DNA of 64,000 nt from an uncultured Gammaproteobacteria bacterium (GTDB lineage Bacteria; Patescibacteriota; Microgenomatia; UBA12405). Below, in pieces: positions 1 through 10,835 of the stretch. The stretch spans positions 20,105-84,104 of the forward strand of contig CAYUZS010000004.1 of assembly GCA_964448705.1 (NCBI GenBank), in the 5' to 3' direction. The position numbers and the translations under genes are program-made. Positions within the stretch are counted from its first letter, which is position 1; each line of letters begins with the position of its first letter. The notes under the pieces are model-generated. The model ran no database searches. It saw nothing but the letters and a program-made list of their open reading frames with translations, and had not been told where the DNA came from.

Positions 1-495
1 GTCCTCGGCAAAGCTGCTGTCCTCAACTCCGAACTTGGGGATATCGAAACTCCTCGAGTAGTCTTCGACGAGCACACTCAAAACACCTACCTTTTTAATA
101 ATTGTTTTAATTCTTTTTTTCCTTTCCAAAACCATCAGGGTTCTATACTCACTAATCAAAAAGCCGTCACCGTTCTTGGTACTTTTTTGGAAAACGAATC
201 CCTTTTCCAGAAATATTTTCAAAATAATCTTACCGTGATTGAAATGGAATCCGGTCCGTACCTCTCTGCCATCACCGAGGCCACCTACGATCAACAGCTC
301 CCCCGCCACACTCTTGTCGACCTTCACACTGCTCCCTTTGATGTTGGAATCATTAACTATACCTCAGATACCCCCTATTCTCAGGCCAAAAATCTTGGCA
401 CTGGTTCACTGGAATTAAACGGTGCCGAACCTGTTTATCTCGGCACCCTCGCTATATTGCAGCGCATCATCAGTCTCGAAGAGTCTCGGAAATAA
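1..495 (+). CDS. Hypothetical protein, 5'-partial
   Basis: Frame 1 is open from base 1 (VLGKAAVLNSELG...) into track ORF 187..495; no recognisable motif. Confidence 0.6.
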   Translation, partial: VLGKAAVLNSELGDIETPRVVFDEHTQNTYLFNNCFNSFFPFQNHQGSILTNQKAVTVLGTFLENESLFQKYFQNNLTVIEMESGPYLSAITEATYDQQLPRHTLVDLHTAPFDVGIINYTSDTPYSQAKNLGTGSLELNGAEPVYLGTLAILQRIISLEESRK

Positions 496-508
496 AATTA
501 GAATTTAC

Positions 509-2446
509 CTAATTTTTCATCAACTCCTCAAATTCTTTTCCTTCAATTGTTTCCTTCTCCATCAGGATCTTGGCTAATTCATCGAGTTTCTTCCTGTTTT
601 TCTTTAACACCTTTCTCGCTTCATCAATTGCCCAATTAATCGTCTTTTTTATCTCTTCGTCTACTTTTTCCTGCATTCCGTCAGAGATTTTTGAAGGTTC
701 CACCCAGGCTTTTCCAAAATCACTTGAGTCAACTTGTGGCCCCAAATTCACCGGCCCCAAATCGCTCATTCCCCATTCCACCACCATATTTCTGGCAATA
801 TTAGTCGCATGTGAAATATCGCCGCTGGCTCCGCTGGTAATATCTCCGAACACGATTTCCTCAGCCGCTCTTCCTCCCATAGCCATTGCCATTTTTTTCA
901 TCAATCTCGATTTAGTTTGATGAACTTCGTCTCTAGCCGGTGGAGTTAATGTAAATCCCAACGCCATTCCTCTTGAAATAATTGAAATTCTCGAAACCGG
1001 ATCCAAACCTTCTGCAAAATTTACCACTGCATGCCCGGCCTCGTGATAAGCCGTCATCGACCTGTCTTCTTCGCTTTGCTCTCTCTTTTTTTCTGATCCT
1101 AATTGCACCTTCAAAGCCGCATCATTAATATCTGCCATAAATATTTCTTTTTTATTTTCTCTGGCAGCTTTAATGGCTGCCTCATTAAGCATATTTTCCA
1201 AATCAGCTCCGGAAAAACCAACCGTTCTTTTTGCCACGTTTTCCCAATCCACATCTTTTTCAAATGGTTTACCTTTGGCATGAATCGCTAAAATATCTTT
1301 CCTGGCCGGTAAATCAGGCAGTTCCAAGACAACTCTTCGGTCAAATCTTCCCGGTCTCAATAGAGCCGGATCCAACAAATCACCCCTGTTTGTTGCAGCC
1401 AAAACCACTACTGCCGTGTTTGGTTCAAAGCCATCCATTTCCACTAAAATTTGATTCAATGTTTGTTCCCGTTCACCGTGTCCGCCGTCTATTCCTCCTC
1501 TCATTCTTCCGATCGCATCTATTTCATCAATAAAAATTATTGCCTTACCTGCTTTTTTGGCTGTACCAAACAAATCTCTTACTCTGGATGCTCCCACTCC
1601 CACCAACATTTCCATGAATTCTGAACCGGCCATGGAATAAAAAGGCACATTCGCTTCACCAGCCACTGCTTTTGCCAATAATGTTTTTCCTACTCCGCTT
1701 GGTCCTACCAACAGAACTCCTTTTGGTGCTCTGGCTCCCATTTTTATATATTTGTCCGGATTCTTCAAGAAATCCACTACTTCCACTAAATCATTCTTTG
1801 CCTCTTCTACTCCGGCTACATCTTTAAAACTTAAGTTCTGTTTTCCTTTCACAAAAAGTTTTGCTGTCGATTTTCCAAAACCAAACATTCCGCCGGTTCC
1901 TCCGGAGGATTGTTTTCCAAAAAACCAGATAATAAACAAAATTGGCACTCCGATTGTCAGTAAAAGTGTCAGGATTTCTCCTGCCATTTTCCATCCTTGT
2001 CGGTTGTTAACCGAAAATTTAACTCCATCCAGATTTATTCCTTCTTTTTGTAACACTTCGGTCATCGACACTGTCGGTTCTTTTGAAGAAACCAAAATTT
2101 TTCCACCATCTTTCATCGTCGCCATCACTTCATCGTCAGACACTACAATTTCTTCGGTTTGCCCATTTTTTATTGATCCGATTAATTCCGACAACGACAC
2201 GCTTACAATTTCCTGTGGTATTAGCAATTGTCTTAAAACCGACAAACCCCAGAACAACAATATAATGTACATTAATCCCTTTAAAATCTGTTTCGGGCCG
2301 ATTTCAATTTTCTTTATTTTTACTCCTGGAGGTAATTTATCCAGAACTTCTTTTGGAATTTCATTATTTTTTTTATTATCCCCTTTCTTTTCAACCTTAC
2401 TCATCATTTTTTTAATCTTTTCACCAAAATTCATCTTATTTTTCAT
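509..2446 (-). CDS. ftsH: ATP-dependent zinc metalloprotease FtsH
   Basis: Two TM segments, Walker A GPSGVGKT, IFIDEIDA, SRH ALLRPGRFDR, HEAGH zinc motif. Confidence 0.97.
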   Translation of the reverse strand: MKNKMNFGEKIKKMMSKVEKKGDNKKNNEIPKEVLDKLPPGVKIKKIEIGPKQILKGLMYIILLFWGLSVLRQLLIPQEIVSVSLSELIGSIKNGQTEEIVVSDDEVMATMKDGGKILVSSKEPTVSMTEVLQKEGINLDGVKFSVNNRQGWKMAGEILTLLLTIGVPILFIIWFFGKQSSGGTGGMFGFGKSTAKLFVKGKQNLSFKDVAGVEEAKNDLVEVVDFLKNPDKYIKMGARAPKGVLLVGPSGVGKTLLAKAVAGEANVPFYSMAGSEFMEMLVGVGASRVRDLFGTAKKAGKAIIFIDEIDAIGRMRGGIDGGHGEREQTLNQILVEMDGFEPNTAVVVLAATNRGDLLDPALLRPGRFDRRVVLELPDLPARKDILAIHAKGKPFEKDVDWENVAKRTVGFSGADLENMLNEAAIKAARENKKEIFMADINDAALKVQLGSEKKREQSEEDRSMTAYHEAGHAVVNFAEGLDPVSRISIISRGMALGFTLTPPARDEVHQTKSRLMKKMAMAMGGRAAEEIVFGDITSGASGDISHATNIARNMVVEWGMSDLGPVNLGPQVDSSDFGKAWVEPSKISDGMQEKVDEEIKKTINWAIDEARKVLKKNRKKLDELAKILMEKETIEGKEFEELMKN

Positions 2447-2497
2447 CTGCCCATTATACCATTCCGATTCAAATTAAACCTTTATTTTTCCTCTTTA

Positions 2498-2740
2498 TTA
2501 ATCTCCGCATTTTCTCTGATTATTCCCCGCAGACCCCTCATGTATCTTCTCGGCATACTCTGTCAACACCTTATCCAATCCTTTTTTTGAAACATTTTGA
2601 CTAGACGATTTGGCAATATCACTTAATTCATTATATAAAATTCTCTTTGGCGTTCCTTGCGTCACTCCTCTATCAATATCCCCCAAAGTTGGTTTTATAC
2701 TCATCTTATCTGCTCCTGCCACAATTAATTCTACTCTCAA
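2498..2740 (-). CDS. Small hypothetical protein
   Basis: 80 aa ORF whose start overlaps the stop of the upstream gene on the same strand. Confidence 0.4.
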   Translation of the reverse strand: MRVELIVAGADKMSIKPTLGDIDRGVTQGTPKRILYNELSDIAKSSSQNVSKKGLDKVLTEYAEKIHEGSAGNNQRKCGD

Positions 2741-3075
2741 TTATTAATTAATTTCAACAATTCTTCTCTATCATCATTTTTATCGGCCTTAACCGTAAAT
2801 TGATGTTGGCACCCCAAACATTTATATTGAATTTTATAATCTCCTTTTTCATATAATACTCTCAGTGGTTCCATCATTTTTCGACAAGTACTTGCTCTGT
2901 CGCCGGGGATTTTTTCATCCACATGTCTTCCCCATAAACATTTTGGACAATGATCCGTATATCCGTTTCCTTTTATTTCCATTCCGCATCTGCCGCACTT
3001 AAAGTCCTCCACTTTTCGAACGAAGTTTCTTCTTTCTTCTTTATCAAAATATCGGTCCGAAATTAATTTCTTCAT
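2737..3075 (-). CDS. RNHCP-domain zinc-ribbon protein
   Basis: FKCGRCG...YTDHCPKCLWGRHVD..PGDRAS.C pattern and C-terminal CxxC. Confidence 0.85.
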   Translation of the reverse strand: MKKLISDRYFDKEERRNFVRKVEDFKCGRCGMEIKGNGYTDHCPKCLWGRHVDEKIPGDRASTCRKMMEPLRVLYEKGDYKIQYKCLGCQHQFTVKADKNDDREELLKLINN

Positions 3076-6047
3076 TTGCTGATTTCTACTCCCATTTTAA
3101 TATCTCCGCTTAGTTTTTGATTAAACAACAGCTTACCGTTAACTAAAGATGCCGATGGTTCCACTTGAACTGGTTGCCATTCATTTGGTATAGATACCAG
3201 CGACACCAGTGCCGTATCTCCAAATCCCGATTGTTTTTGTATGTAATCCAGATACGAAAAAGATTTTTGTTTGCTCAAATTAAGCGAGTCTGCATACCGG
3301 ATTTCAACTACTCTCTTACTCCCGGTCGGTACTGTCACCAGAAATCCGATTTCCTTTTTACCTTTAATTGTATTAATCGTTAAATCATTGCTTTGTAATA
3401 TTTTTTTAGCTCCTTCATTTGTTTCAGATACACTAACTTCAGCCAAATTCGAGCTCTCCGGAATATAAACTCTTAGATAGTTTTTATAGTCACCTCCAGG
3501 CCAACTTTTGCTGGTTGAAGTATTTTCATAGGTAATTTTCACCACTCTTCCTAAAGTGTTTTCAGTAATATCCACTGTCTGATCAATACTTCGATAAATA
3601 AAATAGTTTGCCTTGTTTACCCCAAAATTAGATTCCACCACATACAGATAATCTGCAAAACATTGATCGGTTGCGCATTTTCCGTTATATATCGCCCCAT
3701 TCCAACCCAGGTTTGCCACTATCGCTGCCGTCTTACTGTCGTTCAAAGCTATTTGAATTTCATTATTTTCCAGCATTCGTATCATCGCCTTCGCCAACAG
3801 TAACTTTTTTTCCGGTTTTAATGTTTTTATCGATTCAAACAATTGTTTACCCACCGCTCCCAGAAAACTTGCCTTTTGTGTCGAGCCGGGAAAAGAATTG
3901 GTCTCCGAATAAAACTCCGCCTGTTCATATAAATTATCCTTATTAATTTTTTCCTTAAAATCGGGTACATAAATTTCACCCACCACTTCTAGTAATGCTT
4001 TTGCCACAGCCAAATTAACTCCGATCACTCCATCAACTTTTCTTCCGGTTTCTTTTTCCAAAAACCATTGGATATCTTTCGCTGCTGTCGGGAAATCTGC
4101 TTGCCAATTAGCATCCCTCATAAACCAATTCGCCTCTCCGAGATGATTTTTTATCGGCAAAGGTGGTTCTACATGACCTTTCAATTGGCCGTCTGCTTCA
4201 TAAATATCTTCAACTTCAAAATTCAACAGCTTTCCTCCTTCAAAATTCAAAGCTGCCCACGAACCTATAAATCCCCCACCGGCCCTAAGTTCACTTTCAT
4301 TTTGTAAAAGCACCATATAATCTTTTCTTTTCCCCTCAACCCCAATAATTTGTGGAATAAAATCCATCGATTTTTCGGCTAAAGATACCAGTTTTGTTGC
4401 CTCATCGAGTTGGTTTTTAATTATATTAAGATTGTTTTTCCATCTGCCCGGAAGCCAGTTCCAATCACCCGATAATCTTGCCTGCAATATACCTAGATCA
4501 CTTTCTCCATTTCTCAAATCATCCTTTAATGCCGTTAATTCTTCATTCCACTTAATATCTTTATCAGTAAAAATGGCTTCACTAATCTTTTCTGCTCTCT
4601 CACTCAAACTTATTACCTTCTCGCTTAAAACCAAAGACTGCTCCGCTATTTTTAGTCCTTCCTGATATCTTCTCCCCCACAACCATTTATTTCCTCCCCA
4701 ATTATCTATTGTAATTTCTTCTTTTCTTACCGTGTTTATTGTCTTCTCTGCCAGATTACTGGCTTTCTTAAAATCTCTGTTTTCAACTAATTGTCGAACT
4801 TCTAATATATTCCTGACTATTTGATAATTTTTCAAAATAAATCCCATTCCTAAAATCACAATTAAACCTAAAATACCGGCTGCTATCAAAAGACCGTATT
4901 TTTTGGCTCCGGTTTTAATACCTCCCAACTTTATTTTTGGTTTTTCTTCCGGCTTTTTTTCTTCATTAATTATTATTTGCGGCTTCAACTCCAACACCGG
5001 TTTTTCTATCTCTTCTTTTTTCATTATCAGCGGTTTAATTTCTTCATACTCTTCTTCAATAATCTTGTCATCTTCGGCATAATTTTCTTTTACATTTACC
5101 TCTTCAACCTCATATTTCACTGTCTCTTTTTCTTTAGGTTCCTCTTCAACCATCACTTCAAACCTTTTATCGGGTTTCTTCACTTCTACTTCTTCTTCTT
5201 TAAAATCTTGATAAACCGGATAATCGTTCACCGTTTCTTGTTTCAGAACTTTCACTGTTTCTTTATTATTTTTCTTCCGGCTCTCTTCGTCAATTTTGCT
5301 GAAAAAATACTGTAAAGTTTCTTCTATACCTTCATCAAATTCTACTGTTGGTTGCCATCTTAATTTTTTCCAGTTTGCAAACACCTCCTCACTCTCGGCT
5401 GACGTTAAATTGAATTTCTTTTCTTCAACCTTAAATCTTGTCATTTTCCCTTTATCAATCAATACCTTCGCTATTTCTTCTGAATTCGTTTCTTTTCCCC
5501 AAACACTAAAAGTTTCATATTCTGTCCCCGACAAAAAAGTAGCCCGTGAAATAGCTTCCTTTATATCCTCTATTGCCAGCAATCTTAAACTAACGTTTTT
5601 TTCCGGTAGCCTTAAGTTCTTATTAGCCACGGTTAATTTAATCGCTTCGATTAAATAATCTACTTCTCTGGTATTTTCTTTCTCTTGATCAATCCCTGCT
5701 CCGTAAACACCGTGTATATTCACAACTCTCCAATTAGTTTTAACTCCTTTTAGTGCCATTCCCGGAACTATTGTTCGGTTAACCCCTACAACTGTCAATT
5801 TCGCTTTATCGTTCTCTGCTCTGGCCCAAGCTTCCTTACTTTCTTCAAAATCAAACCAGTAATTTGTCGATTCGTCAATTTCTCCTAAACTATTTCGAAA
5901 TTCTAAACCTGATATATACCCTATATTTCCGTTGTATTCACCTACACCATAGACCTTTATATCGTTCTGTATCAGTAATTTTGCCAGCTGAATCGCTCCA
6001 AATCTATCGATTCCGTTAATTACTGCTACTGGCAGTTGATTAGACAT
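3072..6047 (-). CDS. DUF4012-domain membrane protein with degenerate NAD-dependent epimerase-like N-terminus
   Basis: YMVLLQNESELRAGGGFIGS, RDANWQADFP, VDGVIGV and NFGVNKAN match DUF4012; N-terminal GVYG and LRWQP.V.FDEGI resemble extended SDR epimerases. Confidence 0.8.
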   Translation of the reverse strand: MSNQLPVAVINGIDRFGAIQLAKLLIQNDIKVYGVGEYNGNIGYISGLEFRNSLGEIDESTNYWFDFEESKEAWARAENDKAKLTVVGVNRTIVPGMALKGVKTNWRVVNIHGVYGAGIDQEKENTREVDYLIEAIKLTVANKNLRLPEKNVSLRLLAIEDIKEAISRATFLSGTEYETFSVWGKETNSEEIAKVLIDKGKMTRFKVEEKKFNLTSAESEEVFANWKKLRWQPTVEFDEGIEETLQYFFSKIDEESRKKNNKETVKVLKQETVNDYPVYQDFKEEEVEVKKPDKRFEVMVEEEPKEKETVKYEVEEVNVKENYAEDDKIIEEEYEEIKPLIMKKEEIEKPVLELKPQIIINEEKKPEEKPKIKLGGIKTGAKKYGLLIAAGILGLIVILGMGFILKNYQIVRNILEVRQLVENRDFKKASNLAEKTINTVRKEEITIDNWGGNKWLWGRRYQEGLKIAEQSLVLSEKVISLSERAEKISEAIFTDKDIKWNEELTALKDDLRNGESDLGILQARLSGDWNWLPGRWKNNLNIIKNQLDEATKLVSLAEKSMDFIPQIIGVEGKRKDYMVLLQNESELRAGGGFIGSWAALNFEGGKLLNFEVEDIYEADGQLKGHVEPPLPIKNHLGEANWFMRDANWQADFPTAAKDIQWFLEKETGRKVDGVIGVNLAVAKALLEVVGEIYVPDFKEKINKDNLYEQAEFYSETNSFPGSTQKASFLGAVGKQLFESIKTLKPEKKLLLAKAMIRMLENNEIQIALNDSKTAAIVANLGWNGAIYNGKCATDQCFADYLYVVESNFGVNKANYFIYRSIDQTVDITENTLGRVVKITYENTSTSKSWPGGDYKNYLRVYIPESSNLAEVSVSETNEGAKKILQSNDLTINTIKGKKEIGFLVTVPTGSKRVVEIRYADSLNLSKQKSFSYLDYIQKQSGFGDTALVSLVSIPNEWQPVQVEPSASLVNGKLLFNQKLSGDIKMGVEISK

Positions 6048-6256
6048 ACGTTAATTCTAAATCATTTCACTTTCTTAAGCCTAGCGGTAAAAGTTCGGAT
6101 ATTATGCGGTTATTATCAATAATTTTGTTGTTAAATGTAAGCACGTGAAAAAACGTCATAACAGGTGTTGTTATATATATAAGTTTTGTTAGTACCGGGT
6201 AATTAAATAGTTATCGATTCGTAGCTATGAACTCAATCTATTTTTGAATTTTTTAC

Positions 6257-6291
6257 GTGTCAAAAATGTACTGACTGGACATTTTTGACAC
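6257..6291. terminator. Perfect 13-bp inverted repeat (terminator or operator)
   Basis: gtgtcaaaaatgt-N9-acatttttgacac, with T- and A-runs on either side, downstream of the flippase gene. Confidence 0.5.
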
Positions 6292-6342
6292 TAAAAAACT
6301 GTCATTATTATTAAGGGAAAACTATCTCAAAAAAAAATGCTT

Positions 6343-7581
6343 TTACTCAGTTGCCAACGTCTTTGTTTTTTCTTGTTTCCACAAAAAATAGCTCATTGCC
6401 AATAAATCAATTGCTTCCGTAGCCACGGTCACTTTCGCCGCTCCGTACATTCCTTGATGGGGGATTATCAACCAATTTGCGATTACATTAAACAGTAATC
6501 CTATTACCCCCACCAACAACATCTTCTTTTGTCCGCCTCTGGCAATTAAAGTAAATCCCACTAAATGGCCAAAATAAGTAAAAGCACATCCCCATACCAA
6601 AATTCTTAATATTGTTGCTGCCGGCGCATATTCCGCTCCTGCCAACACCCAAACCATCCATGGAGCTAATACAGTCACTGCACAAACAATTATTATTACT
6701 CCCAATAAAATCAACAATAACGATGACATAAAAAGATTCTTTTTACCTTTCATTGTTGAAGACATCATTGGAAAAATGCTGTTTACATAAAAATAAGCCG
6801 GTTGAATCAACACTCCGTATATTTTGTAGGCCAATCCATAAAAAGCTACTTCAGTCGCACCCATAAAGTTTTGGATCATCATACTATCAACCATTCTGTC
6901 GTAAGCCGCAAACAACACTAAAAAAACTCCCATCGGCCATGTTTGTTGCCACAGACCTTTTATTTTTTCAAAATTCCACCTTTGTTGAAAATCGGTTTTT
7001 ACTTCTATTATTTCTTTGTAATTCTTCACCATCAGCCACCCTGAAATCATTGACAACACTCTGGCACCTAAATAAACCGCAAATACCCACATTAAATTTA
7101 CATGGCCTTTCCAAATTACCAACGCGCTCAAAAAGAGTAGGGGAAACAATACATCCACAATTACCTTTTTGTGCATTTTCAACTTACTTTGGAAAATAAT
7201 TTCTCCGACTCCGAATATTGACGTCAACCACACCATCACCAATGCCACTGCCGCCTCCACCCTTATTCCTTCAAATCCATTCCAAAAACAGACCACCAAC
7301 ATTCCCAAAAGCCAGGAAAAACCTGTCGTTAAAAATTTCAATTGCAATAAATTTGCTAATACTCTTTTTCCCTTAGAAACTTCTCTTATTCCAATCGTTT
7401 TTTCTCCAAAATCGGAAATCGCGTCCAAAAATACAAAAGTTGAGGTTATTAAAATAAAATACCCATAATTAGAAACTCCCAGTTTTCTGGTCACTATTCC
7501 TGTTGTCACTAAACTGATCAAAACGGTAATTGCCTTGCCTCCGATCTGTACCAGCGTATTCCAAATTGATTTTTTCAACAT
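6343..7581 (-). CDS. Oligosaccharide flippase (Wzx/MOP family)
   Basis: About 12 TM segments, TRKLG.SNYG, D.MMI..FMG..EVAFYGLAYK, LIIP..GMYGAA. Confidence 0.88.
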   Translation of the reverse strand: MLKKSIWNTLVQIGGKAITVLISLVTTGIVTRKLGVSNYGYFILITSTFVFLDAISDFGEKTIGIREVSKGKRVLANLLQLKFLTTGFSWLLGMLVVCFWNGFEGIRVEAAVALVMVWLTSIFGVGEIIFQSKLKMHKKVIVDVLFPLLFLSALVIWKGHVNLMWVFAVYLGARVLSMISGWLMVKNYKEIIEVKTDFQQRWNFEKIKGLWQQTWPMGVFLVLFAAYDRMVDSMMIQNFMGATEVAFYGLAYKIYGVLIQPAYFYVNSIFPMMSSTMKGKKNLFMSSLLLILLGVIIIVCAVTVLAPWMVWVLAGAEYAPAATILRILVWGCAFTYFGHLVGFTLIARGGQKKMLLVGVIGLLFNVIANWLIIPHQGMYGAAKVTVATEAIDLLAMSYFLWKQEKTKTLATE

Positions 7582-7624
7582 ATTCCCATTTTACCCTTTA
7601 TTTTACTGACTGTTTTCGTTTATT

Positions 7625-8911
7625 TTACAATATTCCCAACATTATCGCCAAAAGCCATGTATTTTGTGGCAAAGTCAACCAGTAATGGTCTGTCATTCCG
7701 CTGATAATTACCAATCCCAGCCACCACCAGTTGTTATTATTTCTTTTTCTTTTTAAATTTACGATTAGTTTCCAGCTCACTGCTAATAGTCCCAAAACTC
7801 CGATTTCCGATCCTATTAACAGGAAAACATTATGAACCGGTTGAAGCCAGTTAAAATATCCACCCGAATTGTATTTATCTAAATTAGGGATAAAATTCCC
7901 CGCTCCGACTCCCACCATTAAATTACTCTTCCACATTCTGATTGCCGCCAGGTTCAATTCCATTCTTTTATTCCATCCGTCAATATCCCATCCTCCCACA
8001 AAATCACTTATTCTATAATTCACATTTACTATGCTTGCTGTTAAAATCATTACCCCGACTATCACTATCAAATATCCCCATTTAGTTTTTAAGGAATCTT
8101 TCTCTTTAAAAAATTTCGTATAAATCAACACTAATAAAATCAAAGTTAACAACCAAACTGTCCTGCTTCCGGAAAGAACAATCGCCAATACACCACACCA
8201 CACCACTACCCACCACCAAATTTTTTTTAAAGTATTTTTTTGTGGTCGGATTTTATCGTCAGTAGGGGAGTATTTGTTTACCCACCAACTCAAACTTATT
8301 AAAATAAATCCCGCCAAACTGTTTGGATGGGAAAACGTTCCATAAGCTCTCACTAAACCCTCTCCCCACACTGATATCTGAGCAATTCCGATTGTTGTGA
8401 AGTCAAATCGTCTTTCTCCCAACCACCACCAAAAACCTTGTAGACTTCCTCCCTTTATCACTTGAGACAGTCCTAATATACTTTCCGTTACTATCCAAAC
8501 TGGAATAACTAATTTCAAAAATTGATTTACACTTTTTCTGTTATTCCAGACATATTTAAACATCCACCACCACTGACCTAATCTTAACCACCGATAAACT
8601 GCTGTTGGTTTATTTACCGCTACCAAAATATTTATCACTATAAACAAAAACCAAACTAGATTTTCAAAATTCAATACTTTTTTAATTAACCCCCTTATAT
8701 TCGTTCTTCTTAGCCGCCCCAAAAACAAAATAATCCACCCAATGTCGATTAAATATAAAGTCGGGGACAAATAATCAATTCTTATTCCTTTCACCAAACT
8801 CCAATTCGGCCAAAAATGTTTTCCCAACTGTGTGGGTATCAGCAGCATTACCAAAAATAAGCTCCATTTCTCCGCTTTTACCCAAAATCTTTCCACGCCC
8901 CATCTTAACAC
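7625..8911 (-). CDS. O-antigen ligase / Wzy_C family membrane protein
   Basis: RAYGTFSHPNSLAG, SGSR, GVGAGNF, PVHN.FL.I.SE.G motifs. Confidence 0.88.
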   Translation of the reverse strand: MLRWGVERFWVKAEKWSLFLVMLLIPTQLGKHFWPNWSLVKGIRIDYLSPTLYLIDIGWIILFLGRLRRTNIRGLIKKVLNFENLVWFLFIVINILVAVNKPTAVYRWLRLGQWWWMFKYVWNNRKSVNQFLKLVIPVWIVTESILGLSQVIKGGSLQGFWWWLGERRFDFTTIGIAQISVWGEGLVRAYGTFSHPNSLAGFILISLSWWVNKYSPTDDKIRPQKNTLKKIWWWVVVWCGVLAIVLSGSRTVWLLTLILLVLIYTKFFKEKDSLKTKWGYLIVIVGVMILTASIVNVNYRISDFVGGWDIDGWNKRMELNLAAIRMWKSNLMVGVGAGNFIPNLDKYNSGGYFNWLQPVHNVFLLIGSEIGVLGLLAVSWKLIVNLKRKRNNNNWWWLGLVIISGMTDHYWLTLPQNTWLLAIMLGIL

Positions 8912-8948
8912 AAAAGATAATTTCTTATAATCTGAATATCAGATTAGT

Positions 8949-9419
8949 TTATTCCTTGACTCGGATCACTACATGACGGTTTTCACCTTCACCTTCTGAT
9001 TCTGTCGTGATTCCTTCCATATCAGCCACCGCCATATGACAAATCCTTCTCTCGTAAGAACTCATGTTTGTCATCACTGCCGGATTACCGGTTGCTAATA
9101 CTTTTTTAGCCAAACCTTGTACCATATTTATTAGTCTATCCTTTTGCTCTTGACGATAATTATTTACATCCAATAATATTCGTACCCACTCACCAATTTT
9201 GTTTTTAACTGCCAATGACAACACTAATTGTATCGCTGCCAGATTTCTACCTCTAAAACCAATCAAACCGGCAGGGTTGGCTACTGTCAAACCAACTAAC
9301 ACCTGGTTTTCTTCACCCTCCATGTCTTCCACAAAAGCTTTATCGATTTCAAAATTCATTTTTTCCAGCATTTCACAGGTCAGCTGTAGGATTTTTTCGT
9401 TTCTCTCTTTATTATTCAT
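8949..9419 (-). CDS. jag: Jag/KhpB KH-R3H RNA-binding protein
   Basis: LIGFRG KH motif, ERRICH R3H motif, SEGEGENRHVVI; located next to yidC. Confidence 0.9.
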   Translation of the reverse strand: MNNKERNEKILQLTCEMLEKMNFEIDKAFVEDMEGEENQVLVGLTVANPAGLIGFRGRNLAAIQLVLSLAVKNKIGEWVRILLDVNNYRQEQKDRLINMVQGLAKKVLATGNPAVMTNMSSYERRICHMAVADMEGITTESEGEGENRHVVIRVKE

Positions 9420-9461
9420 GTGCCTATTGTATCATGGCTTTAGCTTCAGATTTAACTTCAA

Positions 9462-10244
9462 CTAATTGCTGTTTTTATTAAATTTTCCCACTATTAATTG
9501 CTGTATCAGCATCACTCCGCTGTTTACAAACCAATACAGTAAAATTCCCAACGAAAAACTCCATCCGATAATGATCGTCATTATTGGCATCATGTATGTC
9601 GACTGCGTTCTCATCATCTCCATCATGTCATCTTCTTTTTCTTTTGTTTGTTTCACTGCTTTTTCATCTAATTTTGGATTAGGCATCATTAGTTTTGAAC
9701 TCCAATACTGTAAAGCTCCGGATCCGAGTAATAATAACAATGGCAATACTAAATTTAATCCTATTCCTTCACTAAAAGTCTTAGCCGGAGTATCGGATAA
9801 ATTGCTTCCCATAAAACTTGTATCAAATTTAAATTCCTGATTAATCTGAAAAGACGGTATTAAATTCCTATTTATTTCTTCAATTGTTCCTTTACCTATT
9901 GAATAATTTGTCACAATATTAAAAGCCGAAAAAAACAAAATTAACACTGCTACCTGTAAAAGTTGAGGTAAACACCCGGATAGGGGATTTATACCCTCTC
10001 TCTTATATAACTCCATTTGTTCCTTTGCTAATTTTTCTTTATCGTTGCCGAATTTTTCTTTTAGTTTATTAAGCTTTGGCTGCATCTCGCTCATTTTTTT
10101 GGCCGACTTCAAACTAGGTAAAACCAAAGGAATCAAAATTAACCTAATAATAATTGTCACCAATACTACTGACCAGCCTAAATTTCCTACCAAATAGTAA
10201 AAGCCGAATAAAGCATTGATAAACGGAGCCATTAGAATGTTCAT
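9462..10244 (-). CDS. yidC: Membrane protein insertase YidC
   Basis: MELYKREGINPLSGCLP, LYWFVNS; conserved synteny. Confidence 0.95.
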   Translation of the reverse strand: MNILMAPFINALFGFYYLVGNLGWSVVLVTIIIRLILIPLVLPSLKSAKKMSEMQPKLNKLKEKFGNDKEKLAKEQMELYKREGINPLSGCLPQLLQVAVLILFFSAFNIVTNYSIGKGTIEEINRNLIPSFQINQEFKFDTSFMGSNLSDTPAKTFSEGIGLNLVLPLLLLLGSGALQYWSSKLMMPNPKLDEKAVKQTKEKEDDMMEMMRTQSTYMMPIMTIIIGWSFSLGILLYWFVNSGVMLIQQLIVGKFNKNSN

Positions 10245-10284
10245 TATTTTTTAAAAATATTAAAAACTACCTTCAACAAGTTTC

Positions 10285-10488
10285 CTATTTTAACAAATCC
10301 ACTCCACTTTTACCCCACGTATGACATTTTAACGTTCTTTTAAAACCCAACCATAAACCTTTAACTGTTCCGTATTTTTCTACTGCCTCGTAAGTATATT
10401 CACTGCATGTCGGTATCATACGGCAATAATATCCCCGTGAAAAATATCTTTTATAAAATTTCAATAATTGTAAAACCGCTTTTTTCAT
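10285..10488 (-). CDS. yidD: Membrane protein insertion efficiency factor YidD
   Basis: CR..PTCSEY..EAVEKYG..KG...R.LKCH. Confidence 0.93.
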   Translation of the reverse strand: MKKAVLQLLKFYKRYFSRGYYCRMIPTCSEYTYEAVEKYGTVKGLWLGFKRTLKCHTWGKSGVDLLK

Positions 10489-10820
10489 TTAATTTTTTGT
10501 AAACTTATCTCCATTTCTCTTTCCACCTTGTCAAATTCTATTCCTACTAGATTTTTTTTAGCCAAAAATACAATTTTCCATCCTTTTCCTTCTAAATACT
10601 TCTGTTTTTTCCTTATCGCTTCCGTCAACAATCTCTTTATTCGATTCCGGTCTACAGCCTTTTTAGATATTTTTTTTGATATTACAAACCCAAATTGATT
10701 ATTCTCATCTTCAGTTTTTAAAAAAGATATTCCCCATAAATCACCATAGACAAATTTACCTTCATTTTTAAGAAGCTCAAATTCACTCCTTTTCGTAATT
10801 CGGTTAATTCTTTTTAGCAC
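10485..10820 (-). CDS. rnpA: Ribonuclease P protein component
   Basis: FGFVISKKISKKAVDRNRIKR RNR motif. Confidence 0.95.
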   Translation of the reverse strand: MLKRINRITKRSEFELLKNEGKFVYGDLWGISFLKTEDENNQFGFVISKKISKKAVDRNRIKRLLTEAIRKKQKYLEGKGWKIVFLAKKNLVGIEFDKVEREMEISLQKIK

Positions 10821-10835
10821 TTAAGTAAGAGTATC

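Noticed and set aside
8240-8275. Possible second in-frame repeat insertion in the O-antigen ligase gene
   Set aside because: Slightly atypical composition, but no clear hairpin or second copy found
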